The notes: generated by a model from the sequence alone, not told the origin. A DNA stretch of 64,000 bases from Tubiluchus corallicola (GCA_030141605.1 JAQGDQ010002369.1:434001-498000); one strand, 5' to 3'. Counted from the stretch's first letter, positions 18,961-29,570 are shown. Program-made: numbers and translations.

Positions 18961-19747
18961 TTATGCTGTTTTGAATGCGTTGATGAGAGTCTCATCAGTC
19001 AAATCAGATACACCAGAGTTTAGAGAGTTTGTAGCAGTTTCGTATTCCTGATTGGTTTTAACGTCAAGTTGTGAAACTGCGACATTCAAATTTGAAATTA
19101 TGCCCTTGTCACTCGTTATATTGTAGCTCGTAGAGTCCATGGTTTGCGTATCTTTCTGTGCCTGGTTCAAAGCTGCGGTAGCTTTTGCCTGATCTGCAGC
19201 TAGAGCTTTTTTAGCAGCTGCTACTTGTTCAGGCGTGCTCTTAGGATTGTTAATGATAGCATTTTGTTTATCTTCGTCCTTCATTGCATCGTTGAAGATC
19301 TTATTTTGCTTATCATGATCTGTTTGCGCTGCATCATGCTCTTTTTGTAAGTTATTAATCTCGTCTTGGTAATGTTGGATCGCCTGTTTGTCACCCGCTT
19401 CAGTTTTTTGGTCTTGGAACATCTGATTTAAGGTATTAGAAGCCTGTTGAACTTCTTTGTCGAACCCCGTTCAGTTTATCATCAAACTGGTTCAGGATAC
19501 CTTGAATTTTCGTGTTTCCTGTATATTCTTTCTTTAACGAGTCGACATATGACTGAGCCCCATGCAAGTCCTTCTCATACTTAGCCATAGCTGCTGCCAA
19601 GTCTTGAGGGTTCTTTGCCTGTTCTATCTGCATCAAATCGCTTAGTAGTGTGGTCTGCCACTCATCTAATTTATTGGCTTCATCCGCTCTACTATCGGCT
19701 AGAGTTCCGTGAGCTCCTTGAGTCCCTGATATTGCTGAAATGTTCAT
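18961..19747 (-). CDS. Coiled-coil secreted-type protein; one apparent extra base in the C4 run at ~19465-19468
   Basis: Removing one base joins NG-FDKEVQQASNTLNQ-MFQDQK. S/T/G-rich N-terminus MNISAISGTQG; Q/A/D-rich helices. Confidence 0.7.
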
Positions 19748-20113
19748 ACCTTCTTCCCCTCTGGTTTTTGTTATTTGGCGTAATACGCCTTAAATATATT
19801 TTACAATATTTCGAATTCTTTTTAAAGATTTTTATTAATATTTTAATAAAAGTTTTGATTTATCTAATTAGGGCTTAAAGAGAAAGAAACGTCAGAGGTA
19901 TGGTTGTGTGTAAGTGGTTGGAAGTTAGTTGATTATGCTATATAAGAAAGTTTAGCGGGGACGTGGTCTCTTTCTAAGTAATTAATTATTAATGCATTGT
20001 TACTTATGATTTGAGCTTGTGGGTTTTGTAATTATTAATTAATGGGTTTTTATATGATCTATTAATAACTTTTTTTATACTAGTAGCCGATTCAAGCAAT
20101 ACAGGAGATAATA

Positions 20114-20620
20114 ATGGCTATTAGTTTAGGACAGTTTAGGGAGAGAGTACAAGGGGTTCAAGATAGCATCCAGGAAACTGGCTCTGTTTCCGAACACAAT
20201 AAGACGGCAATTAGGGGCCTATTGGCAGATATTCGTAACATCCAGGTAGATGGGACAAACACGGATTTTCAGGAACGTGCAACGCTGGAGGGTAGGGTTA
20301 TCCAATTGGCAGATTTGGCCGGAGTAGATCCCTTTTCCGGGGTAGAGGACCGTGTGGTAAGAGGAAGCGCGGCTAGAACCCAAGGGATTTGTGGCCAGGT
20401 CATGATGGGCCATCTTAAAAGAAATGCCAAGACTTATGGCACTGTAGCTGCTCTCGGAGCATTTGGAGTAGGTTGGACCTATTTCGGAATTCAGGGCGTA
20501 TTAACTGTTGCTTCAGGTATCGTAGGTGGAGCAACTTTGATGCAAAAAGACCCAAATGTTATACCCTTTGAGGCATATCGCCCGCCTGATGAACAGGTTG
20601 GCGAACGGTTGATTGACTAG
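20114..20620 (+). CDS. Inc-like protein (bilobed hydrophobic segment)
   Basis: YGTVAALGAFGVGWTYFGIQGVLTVASGIVGGATLM; RBS AGGAG. Confidence 0.7.
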   Translation: MAISLGQFRERVQGVQDSIQETGSVSEHNKTAIRGLLADIRNIQVDGTNTDFQERATLEGRVIQLADLAGVDPFSGVEDRVVRGSAARTQGICGQVMMGHLKRNAKTYGTVAALGAFGVGWTYFGIQGVLTVASGIVGGATLMQKDPNVIPFEAYRPPDEQVGERLID

Positions 20621-20628
20621 GGGATACC

Positions 20629-20955
20629 GTGTCAGTAGACCCAGCAAGGTTCCAATTTTCCTATCTTTCTCCTACCCAGAAGACTTTCGTCAATGTGGTA
20701 GGAGATCGTGATTTTGAGGATAGTTTTAACCCTCTATCGTCAATTTGCCGTAGAGATCTTACCAGTGAAGTAGCTCGAGCTTCGCTACTTTGTATTCAAA
20801 CAATTATAGAGAATCAAGGGACCCACTCCGAATATTCGGAACCGATCCTTGAGGGATCTCAGTCCTACCAACTGAAAGCACAGGGACAAGATGGGGCTGA
20901 GAAGTTCAGCGCGTATATTCTGCTTTCTCCGGGTAGGAAGATTGTTATGGTCTGA
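20629..20955 (+). CDS. Hypothetical protein
   Basis: 108-aa ORF with AGGGG RBS directly after the Inc-like gene. Confidence 0.6.
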   Translation: MSVDPARFQFSYLSPTQKTFVNVVGDRDFEDSFNPLSSICRRDLTSEVARASLLCIQTIIENQGTHSEYSEPILEGSQSYQLKAQGQDGAEKFSAYILLSPGRKIVMV

Positions 20956-21202
20956 AAAAGCCGGCTCCAATCCGCCCGGTTCTCTCTTTAAGGCTTTCGT
21001 TAACCCTTTATATTGCTGATTATTAATCATTTATATTTATTGGGTTGATCGTTAAGAAGTTAGAGAAAGCCCAGTTTTAACCTTCAGGCTCTTAGTTATT
21101 AATAAATCAATCCTTAATTGGTTCTTAATTAAAAAATCCGTTCATGATATAATTATATTTATAGAGATATTAGTTTTTTATGATTTATCTAAGGGGGATG
21201 TT

Positions 21203-21313
21203 ATGAGAGGCTTTTCAAAGAATTCGAACTTGCAACATGAACCGCTGAACGAGGCGACGAGTGATAACAATCACCTCATGGATGAAATCGACCATATTAG
21301 AATACAATTTTAA
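21203..21313 (+). CDS. Putative 36-aa small protein (not in ORF track)
   Basis: AAGGGGG RBS; MRGFSKNSNLQHEPLNEATSDNNHLMDEIDHIRIQF*; followed by a strong terminator. Confidence 0.45.
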   Translation: MRGFSKNSNLQHEPLNEATSDNNHLMDEIDHIRIQF

Positions 21314-21343
21314 CCTTTTTTAATTGCACACATTCTCTTTTGG

Positions 21344-21369
21344 GCCGTACACCTGTACGGCTTTTTTTT
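21344..21369 (+). terminator. Rho-independent terminator
   Basis: GCCGTAC-acct-GTACGGC then T8. Confidence 0.85.
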
Positions 21370-21474
21370 GATAAAATTCTTTATTAAAAAGTTTATTGCC
21401 TGATAAATCTTCTTTGCAAAAACTTTACATTTTACAAGAGAACCTGTTTTGGGACAGGATCTGAGGAGTAATAG

Positions 21475-22008
21475 ATGAAAAATATTGTGATTTTATCAAG
21501 TTTGTTTCTAACCCAGCTTTTTGCTAGCGGCTTTAATGATATACATTGGGGGCCTTTCCATAGAGAGGAAAAGGAAGTAGTTGTTCATAAGATAGTCGAA
21601 GAGAAGATCGTCGAAAAGATTGTGGAAAAGATTGTGGAAAAGATCGTAGAGAGCACTTCGACCAAATTGATGGAGCATTTTAAAGAGGCCTGTCTTGTGT
21701 GGGATCAATCCGATTGAACTGGCCTTCATAAAAGACGATCTGGAATGTGCTAGAAAACTGTTTGAAATGAGAGAGAATGACTTTGAAAAGGGGTGTTGTA
21801 CCTTCCTCTTATAGCTTGCTTTGAAGAGGCGAGTAAAAAAATGAAAGATATTCCCTTTCATTTAGAATCTGAGGAGTCTGCTATCGACTGGGAATGGAAA
21901 CAGATCATGCCCAATGGTCAATGGTATATGACCTTAGAAAAAATAATCACTCAGGCTTCATCCAAGAGCAGTGATCGTCCTGGGGTTTCCTTCGATAAGG
22001 GACATTGA
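21475..22008 (+). pseudogene. Exported protein with EKIV repeats, split by two frameshifts
   Basis: Signal peptide; (EKIV)n at 21589-21651; middle frame PIELAFIKDDLECARKLFE; then VLYLPLIAC... Confidence 0.55.
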
Positions 22009-22920
22009 GAGATAGATCCAATACCCGACATAGACGAGCAAAAATAAAGCTCCCTGCCATCGGTATATTTTTCTCTGAAAGAGAATAAAAAGCAGAAAAA
22101 GGAAGTTGACTCCTACCATGATGCCATAATCGATATTAGTCAGTTCTCCAAACTGGAAGGGACGGATAAGTCCCATCGCTCCAATCACACCTAAGATGTT
22201 GAAGATATTGGATCCGACAACATTTCCGATGATCAGTGAAGTCTGTTTGTGTGCAGCTGCAATGATGGTCGTTGCAAGTTCAGGCAGCGAAGTGCCAAGG
22301 GCTACAATGGTGATGCCTAAAGTGGCCTCTGGAATTCCAAAAATGCGTCCTAAATTGATGGCCCCCTTTAAAAATAAATGAGCACCGGTAAAAACAAGAA
22401 TGAAGCTAATAGGGAGCATGATGAGGCAGGTGTTCAGCCTCCATCTCATTTCATGGGAAAGCTCACTAGAATCAAACTCTTTCTTCCCCAAATAAAGAGA
22501 GAAGACAGTGTAGAGGAACAGGACGAAGAGAAGAAGAAAACCACCTAGCCGGTTGAGAGTTTCTACACTATGGAGCCCCCAAAGAAGAGCACAGACCCAG
22601 ACCATGATCGGAGTACTGAACTTTTTCATGTTGGAAGTGACTTTTGCAGGGCGGATCAAAAGAGCAATTCCTAAAATCAATGCGATATTAAGAATGTTTG
22701 ATCCAACGATGTTTCCCACAGCGATGGCTGGATGGGCCCTTACTGTCGCCTCGACGCTTACCAACAACTCAGGCAGACCGGTTCCATATCCGACGATCAC
22801 TGTACCGATTACAAGGGGAGTTACATTCCAGCGAAAAGCTAGTGAAGCAGAAGATTTAACGAGCCATTCCGCTCCCCAAAAAAGTAAGATCGCGCCGAGA
22901 AAGAAGTAGAAAAAATCCAT
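21958..22920 (-). CDS. Ca2+/Na+ antiporter (CaCA/YrbG family)
   Basis: Two alpha repeats: GTGLPEL..GNIVGSNILNI and GTSLPEL..GNVVGSNIFNI. Confidence 0.95.
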   Translation of the reverse strand: MDFFYFFLGAILLFWGAEWLVKSSASLAFRWNVTPLVIGTVIVGYGTGLPELLVSVEATVRAHPAIAVGNIVGSNILNIALILGIALLIRPAKVTSNMKKFSTPIMVWVCALLWGLHSVETLNRLGGFLLLFVLFLYTVFSLYLGKKEFDSSELSHEMRWRLNTCLIMLPISFILVFTGAHLFLKGAINLGRIFGIPEATLGITIVALGTSLPELATTIIAAAHKQTSLIIGNVVGSNIFNILGVIGAMGLIRPFQFGELTNIDYGIMVGVNFLFLLFILFQRKIYRWQGALFLLVYVGYWIYLSMSLIEGNPRTITALG

Positions 22921-22963
22921 ATCTTCAACCTAATACCAAAGATCATAAATATCTTGAAAAATT

Positions 22964-23977
22964 CTATGAAAGGGATTGGTTGGCTTTGAGACTTTCCCTT
23001 CGGTCAAGGTAGGAAAAGAAATTCTGGAAACATAGCTGTTGCAGTTTTTCTTCAGAGATTTGTTCTCTCATTTTGTCGAGAAAAAGGGGATAACAGCTGC
23101 TATTTCCATACTCATCGAAGAAAAAAGGCATGAGGTGTTCGAGTTCTTTCGGTGTGTCGACATCAGTAAAAAAGTCAGCGCCTAAACAAATATGGTCCCA
23201 ACCGCCTAAAGAATCGATGTGTTCAAGATGATGCCAAAAGGCATCAGGTGACTTGCCGACGAAAGCTTTGATGAAGTTCAGTCCGATGATCCCTTCTTTT
23301 CTTAGAATTTCTTTTGCAAAATCGTCAGGAAGATTTCTCGGAGCATCGCAAATGCTTCTAAAATTGGAATGGGAAGCAATGGGGATGAGGGGAAGATTCT
23401 TTGTTTCGATATAATTCAAAATACCTTCTGCTGTGGGATCCGATGTATGGCTCAAATCAATGGAGATATTATTTTCTGCCATGAATTCTAAAAGACGTTT
23501 CCCATCTTCCTTCAAAGACACGTCTGGAGAGAGGTTTCCTCCGCCAAAACGATTTTCATTGTGCCAGGTCAAACCGATATAGAGAATGGGTCCTGCTTCT
23601 TTTTGAAATTGGTTCAGTCTTTCGATTCCTTTTTCAAATGGTTCTTTCTCATTCAAAATGCCTGATGCATTTTCAATGGAGAGGATGATTTGAGGGCAGG
23701 ATGTGTGTTTGTCTAGGTCGGAAAAATGAACGATTTCGTTGGGGAACTGTTTCGGGAGTTGTTTGAAGATGTTAAATTGCGTATTCGCCTCTTTCACAGG
23801 TTTGGACTGCGTCCGGGTATAGATAGCAAGAGTTTGAACGACGACGCCTCCATCTTTAAGAAAAGGAATGGAGCAGCGGGACTCGGGATCATAGGCCGTT
23901 CTGGCCAGATTTCCAGAAAGATAACTCAGCAGGTCGCAGTGGAGATCGACGATGGGCAGATTCATATCTGATACCAT
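22964..23977 (-). CDS. Membrane dipeptidase (peptidase M19)
   Basis: DLHCDL, LTWH.ENRFGGG, IDLSH, ASHSN, PRNLPD, LGADF. Confidence 0.9.
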   Translation of the reverse strand: MVSDMNLPIVDLHCDLLSYLSGNLARTAYDPESRCSIPFLKDGGVVVQTLAIYTRTQSKPVKEANTQFNIFKQLPKQFPNEIVHFSDLDKHTSCPQIILSIENASGILNEKEPFEKGIERLNQFQKEAGPILYIGLTWHNENRFGGGNLSPDVSLKEDGKRLLEFMAENNISIDLSHTSDPTAEGILNYIETKNLPLIPIASHSNFRSICDAPRNLPDDFAKEILRKEGIIGLNFIKAFVGKSPDAFWHHLEHIDSLGGWDHICLGADFFTDVDTPKELEHLMPFFFDEYGNSSCYPLFLDKMREQISEEKLQQLCFQNFFSYLDRRESLKANQSLS

Positions 23978-24111
23978 ACTCTAGAGTGGATTTTCAGATC
24001 AAACCTTCTACAAATCTTTTATAATAAGAGATTTATTATAAAGGAATTTGATCTGGCGGTTTATTAAAAAAAAATGATATACTATTTGTGTTTTACAAGG
24101 GAGAAGAAGTT

Positions 24112-24421
24112 ATGTCTGAAATACCATGGACGCATTTCATTTAATCTTGTCGATAAAGTCATAGGATTCGAACAGAATCACAAATATTTGGCTAAACCTG
24201 CTTATTTTGGAACAGCTCTATTTGCAATAGTTGAAACAATTGCTTGTTTAGGACTTGCTATACTGACATTGCCAGCTCTATTAACTAGCAATGGTCAGGA
24301 TTGGTATGTTGAATTCAATGGAGTGGGTTTGTTTGGTTCAGGAATAGCTGTTGCTGCCGGTTTCATAAGAACTTTCAAAGGGCAAGAGGAACGTGTACCC
24401 TTGCTTGATTCACAGTATTGA
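24112..24421 (+). CDS. Small hydrophobic (Inc-like) protein; probable start 24112 with a +1 A frameshift (track start 24074)
   Basis: GGGAG RBS then ATGTCTGAA(A)TACCATGGACGC; two hydrophobic stretches. Confidence 0.5.
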
Positions 24422-24477
24422 GCTTTTATTTTCTGTTTGGTATGGCTGGTGAATAGTATCTGTTGATGTAGGATCAT

Positions 24478-25944
24478 TTGACTGCCATTAGGGAAAAACA
24501 GCCCAAGGGACTTTTTCTTCTCTGCTTTACAGAAGCTTGGGAGCGATTTGGATTTTATTCGATCCAAACGATCCTTGTCCTGTATCTCAGTCAAGGTCTC
24601 GATTTTACCGATCAATATTCCTATTTATTTTATGGTGCTTTCAGCTCTTTACTCTATTTAACGCCTGTTGTGGGAGGATATGTCGCCGACCGGTACATGG
24701 GCTTTCAAAGAGCTATTCTTCTAGGGGGCGTTCTTTTTACTATCGGATACGCTTTGACTGCTATTCCTGGAGGCTGGGGCTTTTTTCTTGGACTGAGTTT
24801 TGTGATTTTGGGAAATGGCTTTTTCAAGCCAAATGTCTCCAGTATTGTCGGTGATCTATATCGTCCGGATGATCCGAGAAGAGATGGAGGCTTTACCCTC
24901 TTTTACATGGGAATCAACATCGGTGCGATGCTGCCTCCTATCTTTGTGGGAACGATCGTAAAGAAATGGGGCTGGGATTCTGGTTTCTCTTTAGCGGCCA
25001 TTGGGATGTTTATCGGACTTCTTACCTTTTATTTTGGAAGAAAAAGGTTGGGACATTGTGGAGCGGTGCCTGAAAAGAGTCCCATCAGAGACAAGAAATT
25101 TCATTGGAAATTCAACGTCTTACTTTACTTATGCATCATCATTTCAATCGTGATTGTTTATGTATTGCTACAATTTCCCAGGGAGACCAACTGGATTTTG
25201 ATCGCAGGATCTGCAGTGATTATTCTGATCGTTCTCTATTTCCTTTTACAACAGGAAAAAAGAGCCCGTCAGAAAATGATTGCGGCTTTGGTCCTGATTC
25301 TCATTTCAGTCGGTTTTTGGGCCATTTACAATCAGACATTTACTTCTCTGATGCTCTATGCACAACGAAATATGGAACAGACTTTTCTGGGGCTTCCGAT
25401 CGATGCTGAGTTCACCCAGTTTTTCAATCCTTTTTTCATCATCATTTTAAGCCCTTTCTTGTCGAAGTTATGGATTGGTCTGGAAAGAAAAAGACTCCAT
25501 CCTTCCACTCCGATGAAATTTTCTCTGGGAGTGCTTTTCATTGCCCTTGGATTTTTCTTTTTGGCTTTCGGTACGAAGTATTTTGGTGATCCTGAAGGAA
25601 AAACTTCAGCGTGGTGGCTTGCCATGAGCTACTTTATTCAGACAATAGGGGAGTTGCTCCTTTCTCCGATTGGCCTGGCGATGATTACCCGTCTTTCTCC
25701 CAAGAATTTGGTAGGGATGATGATGGGTGTCTGGTTTTTGACCCAGGCAGCTGCCTTTGCTATTGGAGGAGAACTCGCGACTATTTCTGATATATCTAAG
25801 GGTATTGGAGTCGTTCAATCCCTTCCAATCTATACAGAATCATTTTTAATTTATGGTTCGATGGCTGCTATCCTTGCCATTATTAGCTTCGCCCTGGTTC
25901 CTTTTCTGAATCGTCTGATCGGCGGGAAAAAAGAAAGTACTTGA
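24478..25944 (+). CDS. POT/PTR family di/tripeptide:H+ symporter
   Basis: EAWERFGFY (ExxERFxYY), GNGFFKPN, GFTLFYMGINIG, GELLLSPIG. Confidence 0.95.
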   Translation: MTAIREKQPKGLFLLCFTEAWERFGFYSIQTILVLYLSQGLDFTDQYSYLFYGAFSSLLYLTPVVGGYVADRYMGFQRAILLGGVLFTIGYALTAIPGGWGFFLGLSFVILGNGFFKPNVSSIVGDLYRPDDPRRDGGFTLFYMGINIGAMLPPIFVGTIVKKWGWDSGFSLAAIGMFIGLLTFYFGRKRLGHCGAVPEKSPIRDKKFHWKFNVLLYLCIIISIVIVYVLLQFPRETNWILIAGSAVIILIVLYFLLQQEKRARQKMIAALVLILISVGFWAIYNQTFTSLMLYAQRNMEQTFLGLPIDAEFTQFFNPFFIIILSPFLSKLWIGLERKRLHPSTPMKFSLGVLFIALGFFFLAFGTKYFGDPEGKTSAWWLAMSYFIQTIGELLLSPIGLAMITRLSPKNLVGMMMGVWFLTQAAAFAIGGELATISDISKGIGVVQSLPIYTESFLIYGSMAAILAIISFALVPFLNRLIGGKKEST

Positions 25945-26072
25945 TATCTCGAAAAGTTTTCAGGTTTTTTTATATCTGAGCGATTGCCAGAAAATGAGCT
26001 TTCGAATAATAATGAGAAGATTTTTATCCAGAAGGAACTGGGTTGAAAAATACAATATAAGGGTGGGAGGAT

Positions 26073-27638
26073 TTGGACTCCGTTTCGGAAAAAAAATTTG
26101 GGCCAATTCGATCTGTGCTCTGGCCGATTCATCGATCAGAGTTCAAAAAAGTTTTCTCTCTTCTTTCCCTCCTTTTTCTTCTCTGCATCTGCTATAGCAT
26201 CCTCCGAAATCTAAAAGACACAGTGATTTTGACAGCGAAAGCTTCAGGCGCCGAAGTAATCCCTTTCATCAAGGTCTGGGGAATGCTTCCAGGAGCTGTT
26301 GCAGGAGCCTGGATATATACGAGGCTTTGCAGGAAATTCTCCCGTGAAAAAGTTTTTTACTTTTTGATCTCCGGTTTTCTTACTTACTTTCTGATCTTTG
26401 CCTTTTTGATCTTCCCCAACCGGGAAGCACTCCATCTCGATTCCCTTGGTAATTTTTTGTCCTCTGTCCTTCCTCAGGGATTTAAAGGAATGATTGCCAT
26501 GGTCCGCAATTGGACTTTCTCGACTTTTTATATCATCTGCGAGCTCTGGGCTGTAATGATTTTAACGGTCCTATTCTGGGGAGTGGTCAATGACCTAACC
26601 AAAGTATCAGAGGCCAAGCGCTCCTATGGAATTTTGAATATTGGATCGAATATCGCTCCGGTTGTCGGTGGCACACTAGCCATTTTTTGTGCTCAGAATG
26701 TCTCTATTCCTATGTTCTATTCGGGAACAGATGCCTGGGAGCAATCGCTCATCAATCTCATTTTACTCGTTACGGTTTTAGGCTGTGGAGCCATGATCCT
26801 CTTCAGGGTGATCCATAAAAAAATATTGCCTAAGATCGAAATTCCTGATGAGGAAAGAGTCAAGAAAAAGGAAAAGAGAAGACTTTCCATCCGCAATAGT
26901 CTGAAAGTAATCTCCGCATCTCCCTATCTTTGTTCGATTGCAATGATGGTCCTGGGATTCAATATCGCGATCAATTTGACAGACATCTTGTGGAAAGCGC
27001 AGTTGAAAAGCTTTTTTACCAATCCCAATGACATGCTCGCCCACATGAATCAGGTGACAGTCGGCATTGGAATATTTGCGACTATGGGCGCTCTCTTTTT
27101 TTCCATCCTCGTTCGAAAACTGGGGTGGACATTCATCGCATTATTGACTCCTGTGGTCATGACTGTGATGGCCATTGGTTTCTTTGTCTTTCTATTCACA
27201 GGGAGTCTTCTCGAGACCTTTGCTTTATCTATGTTTGGACTGAGTCCTCTAGCTTTGACTGTTTATTTTGGATCGACGCAGAACTGTTTGAGCAAGGCAG
27301 GGAAGTATTCCGTGTTCGATGCATCCAAAGAACTGGCCTTTCTTCCTTTAGATGCTGAAACACGCTTGAAAGGAAAAGCTGCTATCGACGGACTCGGGTC
27401 GGGAATTGGTAAATCTGGTGCTTCTCTTTCTTATCAGGGAATCCTGATCATGGCAGGAAGCGTTGCTCACTCCACTCCTTATGTAGCGATCATCTTATTT
27501 GTCGTCTTAGGAGCCTGGCTTTTTTCTGTCTCTCATTTAGGAAAACGCTTTAAAGCTCTTAGCGGGGTTGAAGCGGCTCCTTCTCCAACGATTCAGGAAG
27601 ATGCCGTAGCCGAAGAACCGGCTTTAGAAAATCAATAG
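26073..27638 (+). CDS. TLC/Npt-family nucleotide transporter
   Basis: KFGPIRSVLWPIHRSE.KK, YSILRNLKD, GAEVIPFIKVW, ELW, QNCLSK..KYS.FD..KELAF.PLD, KGKAAID, GKSG. Confidence 0.95.
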   Translation: MDSVSEKKFGPIRSVLWPIHRSEFKKVFSLLSLLFLLCICYSILRNLKDTVILTAKASGAEVIPFIKVWGMLPGAVAGAWIYTRLCRKFSREKVFYFLISGFLTYFLIFAFLIFPNREALHLDSLGNFLSSVLPQGFKGMIAMVRNWTFSTFYIICELWAVMILTVLFWGVVNDLTKVSEAKRSYGILNIGSNIAPVVGGTLAIFCAQNVSIPMFYSGTDAWEQSLINLILLVTVLGCGAMILFRVIHKKILPKIEIPDEERVKKKEKRRLSIRNSLKVISASPYLCSIAMMVLGFNIAINLTDILWKAQLKSFFTNPNDMLAHMNQVTVGIGIFATMGALFFSILVRKLGWTFIALLTPVVMTVMAIGFFVFLFTGSLLETFALSMFGLSPLALTVYFGSTQNCLSKAGKYSVFDASKELAFLPLDAETRLKGKAAIDGLGSGIGKSGASLSYQGILIMAGSVAHSTPYVAIILFVVLGAWLFSVSHLGKRFKALSGVEAAPSPTIQEDAVAEEPALENQ

Positions 27639-27639
27639 T

Positions 27640-28115
27640 TTATCCTGAACCTATTAACGCTGGGAACAAGGTTCTTAGTCCGCTTGTGATAGAATCAATA
27701 GCATTCGCAGCTAGGATCAGACCGCCAATTCTGGTAAAAATATTGATTCCCACATGCCCCAGAATTCTTTTTCCTTATGCTTGGACTCTTTTTTCTCTTC
27801 ATCCGTTTGCTTCATCTTACTGACTTCGGCGTTCAACATCGAAAGAGCCATCAATAGTACGATCAAGCCTCCAGCGATTTGAAATGCGGGGACCTCAATT
27901 CCCAGTATCTTGAGCAGGGGACCTCCTATCCAAGTCATGAGAATGAGAATTATCCCTACAGCAAGGGTAGTCATTAAGCCTGTTTTTCTCTTTTCGGCCA
28001 TTGTGTCGCCCGAAGTGAGGCGCAAAAGAGCCGGTAATACGGAAAAGGGATCGCATACGACAAAAAGAGCGACAGAATAACTGATGAGCTGATGAAGGTT
28101 CACAAAAGGCCTCAA
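27640..28115 (-). pseudogene. MarC-family membrane protein with internal deletion and frameshift
   Basis: ALFVVCDPF, AFQIAGG. After KHKE it jumps to KRILGHVGINIFTRIGGLILAA in another frame; the VPLAIP..GPG block is absent. Confidence 0.8.
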
Positions 28116-28175
28116 CTTCCCCTACCTCTCACATAGAAAGATAGAAGAAAAAAAGCAAGGCCTTCAGAGTAATTA

Positions 28176-29465
28176 TTATGAACTTAGAGAGACGGGTTGA
28201 AGGTAAACCATGGTGATCTGGTTGTCTTCATCGCTATCGATCACAGCCTCGAGGTCCACTGCATCAATTTTATAGGCATGGTTGGAGTAAGGATCCCGTA
28301 CAAAGTATTCATCGACGATGATGAAGTGACCTGCCAATTTGTGGTGGGTAATGGCCAGTATGACCGGTTGCCCTGATGCAGTTAATTTGGTCTGAAGGTC
28401 AGATAAGAGAGCAGGTTCGTTGTTTACGTGCATTCTCTCATGATTATCAGTTCTTTCTGCAGCTACTTTCTGCGCGCTTTCATATTCACTCTGAGAATAA
28501 TAATAGATAACCGGAACAGCATTGTATCCGAGATCTCCTATGGTGGTCTCAGCATTCATTGTTTCTGCTAGATTTTGAACATTGGCCAGCTGTTTGGTCA
28601 TATGCCATTCCCAATAACACCCGGTTGTAAAAGAATCTGCCCGGCCGGGCAGTAATCTTCCTTCCTGACCTGTCGGAACCAAGTCGAGTAAAAGCATGGT
28701 CGCAGCTGCCGGACCACATCCCTTCGATGTAGGCTGACAGACCAGCGCATGTGTTTTTCCTGAAGCTGTTGGGTAGGTCCAGTAGGATTGGACTGTCGCA
28801 AATCTGCTCGATGAGGTTCTCGGAAGTTGGCAGCCAGGGAAGGTCTTATAGTCCTGACGGTCTTCAAATCGAAGTGTATGGGTACCTCTAGCTGGGGTAG
28901 GCGGCAGGGGATTAGGAAGAGTGAAGGTCCCTCTATCAGGAGGACTGTCATAAGAAGATGCTGGGAAAGTTTGGCGATTTGCTGGCGGGCTATGATAGGA
29001 GCTAGCTGGAAAATGGGTAGGAGATTGAGGAGGAGTGTGCATCTCATCTTCTGAGGCTTGTGCCCTCTTCGTTGAAAAATCCGGTTTGGGTAATGATCTC
29101 ATTTCACTGACCAGGACTACAGGCAATACCTGATGCCTAGACGATTCCATTCTTTGAGCTAAAGGCGGTAGATGAAGTTCACTTTCTTTGTAATCTGTTT
29201 CATCTTCGAACTCCGCTTCTTCTACCTGAGAAAAATGCTCGTTTACGAACATTCTTCTTTTCCGAGGAAAGTCTTCGGGATTCGTTTCTTGATTCACAAC
29301 TGAGACTCTGTCTCTGAGAGAGGAGGAGGAAGAGGTAGGCAAAGGAACAAGCGGCACAACTACAGAGCGTTGTGTTCTTTTCCTTTTGGTGTGTGTATTT
29401 TCCTTTAGCTCAGGAGGAGGTAATTGAATCCTTTGTTGGTCAGGACGTTTTGGCGGGGTTGCCAT
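28176..29465 (-). CDS. Effector-like protein: disordered P/S/R-rich N-terminus + papain-fold (C39/AvrRpt2-like) cysteine peptidase domain
   Basis: QPTSKGCGPAAATMLL (Q..C), GHFIIVDE (H..D), VRDPY. Confidence 0.7.
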   Translation of the reverse strand: MATPPKRPDQQRIQLPPPELKENTHTKRKRTQRSVVVPLVPLPTSSSSSLRDRVSVVNQETNPEDFPRKRRMFVNEHFSQVEEAEFEDETDYKESELHLPPLAQRMESSRHQVLPVVLVSEMRSLPKPDFSTKRAQASEDEMHTPPQSPTHFPASSYHSPPANRQTFPASSYDSPPDRGTFTLPNPLPPTPARGTHTLRFEDRQDYKTFPGCQLPRTSSSRFATVQSYWTYPTASGKTHALVCQPTSKGCGPAAATMLLLDLVPTGQEGRLLPGRADSFTTGCYWEWHMTKQLANVQNLAETMNAETTIGDLGYNAVPVIYYYSQSEYESAQKVAAERTDNHERMHVNNEPALLSDLQTKLTASGQPVILAITHHKLAGHFIIVDEYFVRDPYSNHAYKIDAVDLEAVIDSDEDNQITMVYLQPVSLSS

Positions 29466-29570
29466 AAATTAATCACTCATTATTAAATAAATAATTATTA
29501 GTAAATGTTTTATAGCAAATATATGTTAATGTCAATTAAACGGTAATTAATTTAAAAAATTAGTAATTGG

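Noticed and set aside
1-21500. Prophage, IS or integrase within the accessory region
   Set aside because: No recognisable recombinase, transposase or phage structural motifs in any ORF.
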